Virus record (IMG/VR): IMGVR_UViG_3300009702_000011
Span: 1 to 35,478 of that record
Strand: one strand, 5' to 3'
From: a virus
DNA: 35,478 nt
Part shown: positions 33,002 to 35,478 of the stretch, piece by piece
Layout: each line of letters starts with the position of its first letter
Numbering within the stretch: the stretch's first letter is position 1
Made by a program: the position numbers and the translations under genes
The notes under the pieces: model-generated
What the model saw: the letters and a program-made list of their open reading frames with translations, nothing else
What the model was told of the DNA's origin: nothing
The model's database searches: none

Positions 33002-34275
33002 TGGAAGCGACGGCAGATATTGAACGCGGTCTACTCGGTTCGCTCATTCTGGACCCGACAAACATTGACCAGCTTGCTGCGGATCTAAACGGCATCGATT
33101 TTGCGAATCCAGACTTCGGGCACTTCTTCGAGGCTCTGGCAATCGCTCGGGAGGCCGGCGTCCCGGTTGGCGATCCCAAGGTATTGGCGGCCGAGCTGCG
33201 GCACCAACACGTTCCCAAGACCGTCAGTACCGCGGCGTTCGTTGCAAGGTTGGCTATGGACGCCGTTGCCAGCAATGCGCCCCATTACGCGAAGCTGGTG
33301 CGTCGAGGGGCCGAACTGCGGCGCCTTGAGGCTCTTGGTCATGCGTTGATCGCCAAGACCACCGACGACGGCGCCGATCCCGAGGCGATCACGAAGTGGC
33401 TCGATGCTCAACAGAACGACATTGGGAGCGCGGGGTCCACCGAGGCACGCTTGATCGGCGAAGTGGCCGGCGAGTGGCTTATGGATCTTGCCAAGCCGGC
33501 CGAGAACCGACCGATCCTGATGACCGGCATCCAACGGCTGGACCAGACTGTTGGCGGCTGGATGGGTGGCGAACTGGTCACTGTTGCGGCGAGAACCGGC
33601 ATGGGTAAGACCGCCTTGGCAATGCAAGTTGCAGCTTACAACGCGAGCCGTGGCCGTGGCGTGCTATTCGTCTCCCTTGAAATGAAAGACCAGGAACTGG
33701 TTTCTCGGATCTTATGCGGCAACGCCGACGTGGATTCACGCCGTCTTCGCGCAAGCCAACCCGACGTGAGTGAACTATCACGACTTTGCAAGGCACAATC
33801 GGACATTGCCGACGATCCTCTGGTTGTGTGGAGTCCGCCGCGCGCCATGGTCGGACAAATCCGCGCCACGGCACGACGTGAGCACGCCAAGCGAAAGCTG
33901 CGATTGATTGTGGTCGATTATGTTCAATACGTCGAACCGACCGACAAGCGAGTCAACCGGTCCGAGCAAATCGGCGAGATCATGCGTTCACTGAAGGCGT
34001 TGGCGAAAGAGCTCGATATTGTGGTGTTGTCCTTGGCACAGTTAAATCGCGAAAGCGACAAGATGGACCGACCGCGACTATCACACCTGCGCGAGTCCGG
34101 CAGCATCGAGATGGACTCCGACGCGGTTCTATTTATCCATAAGAAGTCATCCGAAGCAACCGAGACTGAGTTGCTTGTGGCAAAACATAGGCATTATCGC
34201 ACCGGCAAGATCATGCTCGAATGGGACGGACAGCGCACCAGATTCAATGATCCGAATGAATTCCCCGGCTACTGA
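33001..34275 (+). CDS. dnaB: DnaB-family replicative DNA helicase
   Basis: ERGLLGSLILDP N-terminal domain, Walker A ARTGMGKTALAM, SLEM, Walker B LIVVDYVQY and LAKELDIVVLSLAQLNRE. Confidence 0.95.
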   Translation: MEATADIERGLLGSLILDPTNIDQLAADLNGIDFANPDFGHFFEALAIAREAGVPVGDPKVLAAELRHQHVPKTVSTAAFVARLAMDAVASNAPHYAKLVRRGAELRRLEALGHALIAKTTDDGADPEAITKWLDAQQNDIGSAGSTEARLIGEVAGEWLMDLAKPAENRPILMTGIQRLDQTVGGWMGGELVTVAARTGMGKTALAMQVAAYNASRGRGVLFVSLEMKDQELVSRILCGNADVDSRRLRASQPDVSELSRLCKAQSDIADDPLVVWSPPRAMVGQIRATARREHAKRKLRLIVVDYVQYVEPTDKRVNRSEQIGEIMRSLKALAKELDIVVLSLAQLNRESDKMDRPRLSHLRESGSIEMDSDAVLFIHKKSSEATETELLVAKHRHYRTGKIMLEWDGQRTRFNDPNEFPGY

Positions 34276-34288
34276 AGGAGCACACGTA

Positions 34289-34552
34289 ATGGACGCTGAA
34301 CGAGCCAAGCAGATCGCTAATGCCACGGAGTGCTCAGGTGATCCTAATGTCAGATGGATCACTGCGATGCATGCCGCCAAGGTTCTTGCCTGTAAATGCG
34401 ATGAGTTAGAGAGCAGGATAGAGCAGATGCAACACGACCATGCGGTCGAGATAGAGAAGTTGGAGAAGTACTATCTCCATGAACGCGAAATACAGGACCG
34501 CATTGCTGCCGAAATCTCTAAACGCCGATATTCACGATCAACTGGAGAGTAA
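34289..34552 (+). CDS. Hypothetical coiled-coil protein
   Basis: ATG 34289 follows GAAGGAG (34274-34280). Confidence 0.5.
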   Translation: MDAERAKQIANATECSGDPNVRWITAMHAAKVLACKCDELESRIEQMQHDHAVEIEKLEKYYLHEREIQDRIAAEISKRRYSRSTGE

Positions 34553-34556
34553 CTCC

Positions 34557-34805
34557 ATGCTCCGTTGCACACACTGCTACCAGCTACGACCAGACGACGA
34601 AAAACGATGTCAAAAATGTGGCACCGTGCAAGCCAGCTATGAACCATCCGCCGAGCAGATCGCTCAGGCGTGTCGCGAGATCCAACGGACGTGGAGCAAA
34701 CGCGTGGATGCCGCCCGGCGTGCCATCGCAAATCCGCCGGCGGAGGCGATCCGAGTGCGACGAGTACACGACGGACGACGACGTAAATGGGTGGAGGCCG
34801 ATTAG
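34557..34805 (+). CDS. Zinc-ribbon-like small protein
   Basis: MLRCTHCY...KRCQKCG. Confidence 0.5.
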   Translation: MLRCTHCYQLRPDDEKRCQKCGTVQASYEPSAEQIAQACREIQRTWSKRVDAARRAIANPPAEAIRVRRVHDGRRRKWVEAD

Positions 34806-35189
34806 ATGGCAGATGACGGATCGCTATTGTTCGCGGCGGAGTTGCCGTGGCCGCCTTCTCTGAATCACTACTGGCGGAGTGTTGTCATTCGACAGTCGCC
34901 ACGCGTCCTGATCAGTGCCGAGGGTCGCGTTTATCGTGACACTATCCGGACCATGTGTGCGAGCAATAACCCGCCGATACATGGACGATTGCACGTCAGA
35001 ATCGGGGTATGGATGCCGGATCGCCGGCGTCGTGACCTCGACAATTTGCTGAAATCTCTGCTCGATGCGATCACACACGCTGGCATCTGGGATGACGATT
35101 CGCAGGTTAAACACCTAGAAATACGCGAGTTTGGTCGTGAGCCGCCAGATGGTCGGATCTTCGTCGAGATCCGCCAGGCGACGGATTGA
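34806..35189 (+). CDS. rusA: RusA-family Holliday junction resolvase
   Basis: LPWPPSLNHYWR...RRRDLDNLLKSLLDAITHAGIWDDDSQV is the RusA signature. Confidence 0.85.
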   Translation: MADDGSLLFAAELPWPPSLNHYWRSVVIRQSPRVLISAEGRVYRDTIRTMCASNNPPIHGRLHVRIGVWMPDRRRRDLDNLLKSLLDAITHAGIWDDDSQVKHLEIREFGREPPDGRIFVEIRQATD

Positions 35190-35190
35190 C

Positions 35191-35219
35191 TTGCACTATC
35201 TCGCGATTGTCGCCATAAT
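35191..35219 (+). promoter_or_regulatory. Candidate promoter for the late/right-arm operon (TTGCAC-17-CATAAT)
   Basis: TTGCAC at 35191-35196 and CATAAT at 35214-35219. It lies in the 185-bp non-coding gap between rusA and the DUF1353-like gene. Confidence 0.3.
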
Positions 35220-35355
35220 CACCAGTGGTCCCGACGGCACGTTCGCGACGTGCCCACCGTCCTGTGGAGTGCTCATGCGGTTTCTGACCGTAGCTCCACC
35301 CGGTTCCCCAGGCTATGACCTGGATGTCGTTTGACCGACACACACATACACGTGT

Positions 35356-35478
35356 GCGAACTGGACGTGGAACCATGCCAGATCATCAATACCGCAACGC
35401 CGATCTATCGTTTCTACCGTCGTTCTCGACGTTGGTAGGCCCGAAACCGCCGGACGATTTCGTGTCAAACGGTGCGAC
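35356..35478. repeat. Terminal direct repeat, copy 2
   Basis: Identical to 1-123. It contains the start of the 20..424 ORF again. Confidence 0.95.

Noticed and set aside
35131-35334. 67-aa ORF overlapping the rusA 3' end and the rusA/DUF1353 intergenic region.
   Set aside because: It has no SD, overlaps rusA in another frame, and has a low-complexity translation. The region is better explained as a promoter/regulatory gap.
1-35478. Genome-wide alternative genetic code (stop-codon reassignment) as an explanation for the in-frame TGA (484) and TAA (26155).
   Set aside because: TGA, TAA and TAG all act as ordinary terminators at many well-supported gene ends. Examples are the ATGA/GTGA overlaps at 7733, 10938, 19931, 20860, 21864, 27261 and 30849, TAA after the capsid gene, and TAG after the G chaperone. 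The two interrupting stops are also different codons. Local readthrough, mutation or error is more parsimonious.
1-35478. CRISPR arrays, rRNA/tRNA genes, transposases, reverse transcriptases, and known defence-system hallmarks (CBASS/retron/TA-like pairs).
   Set aside because: I saw no spaced direct-repeat arrays, cloverleaf-like segments or signature motifs in any intergenic region or ORF translation.

Overview
This window is a complete, circularly closed phage genome. Bases 1-123 are identical to 35356-35478, so the unique length is 35,355 bp. It looks like a temperate HK97-type siphovirus (Caudoviricetes). Nearly every gene is on the + strand, and many are chained by ATGA/GTGA start-stop overlaps, which I used to refine starts.

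Order starting from the putative cos region (~7176-7274):
- Packaging and head: terS, terL, portal, ClpP-like prohead protease, HK97-fold major capsid, head-tail joining genes.
- Tail: major tail protein, G/GT chaperone pair with a -1 frameshift site, short tape measure, three distal tail proteins.
- A four-gene accessory enzyme module (19482-22463).
- A divergent promoter region, early genes, and excisionase-like + tyrosine integrase.
- An XRE repressor with three copies of a 14-bp palindromic operator.
- ParB-domain/DNA methyltransferase, HNH nuclease, small early genes, a phage CsrA homologue (absent from the ORF track), metallopeptidase-like protein, replication initiator, DnaB helicase, RusA.
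- Then, in the slot where lambdoid phages carry lysis genes: DUF1353-like protein, a membrane-anchored trypsin-like protease, secreted and membrane proteins, LamG/fibre-like proteins, and an HNH endonuclease next to cos.

Main things worth a second look:
1. The translationally coupled module of Cys-rich protein, PRTase-HAD fusion, radical SAM enzyme and sulfotransferase. I cannot match it to any described phage system.
2. Two genes whose N-terminal module is cut off by a single in-frame stop: signal peptide-TGA-protease, and ParB-TAA-methyltransferase.
3. The phage csrA with a GGA-rich, hairpin-bearing leader.
4. The repressor/operator/terminator architecture.

I saw no rRNA, tRNA, CRISPR array or transposable element. 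All homology statements come from motif recognition by eye, not from database searches.
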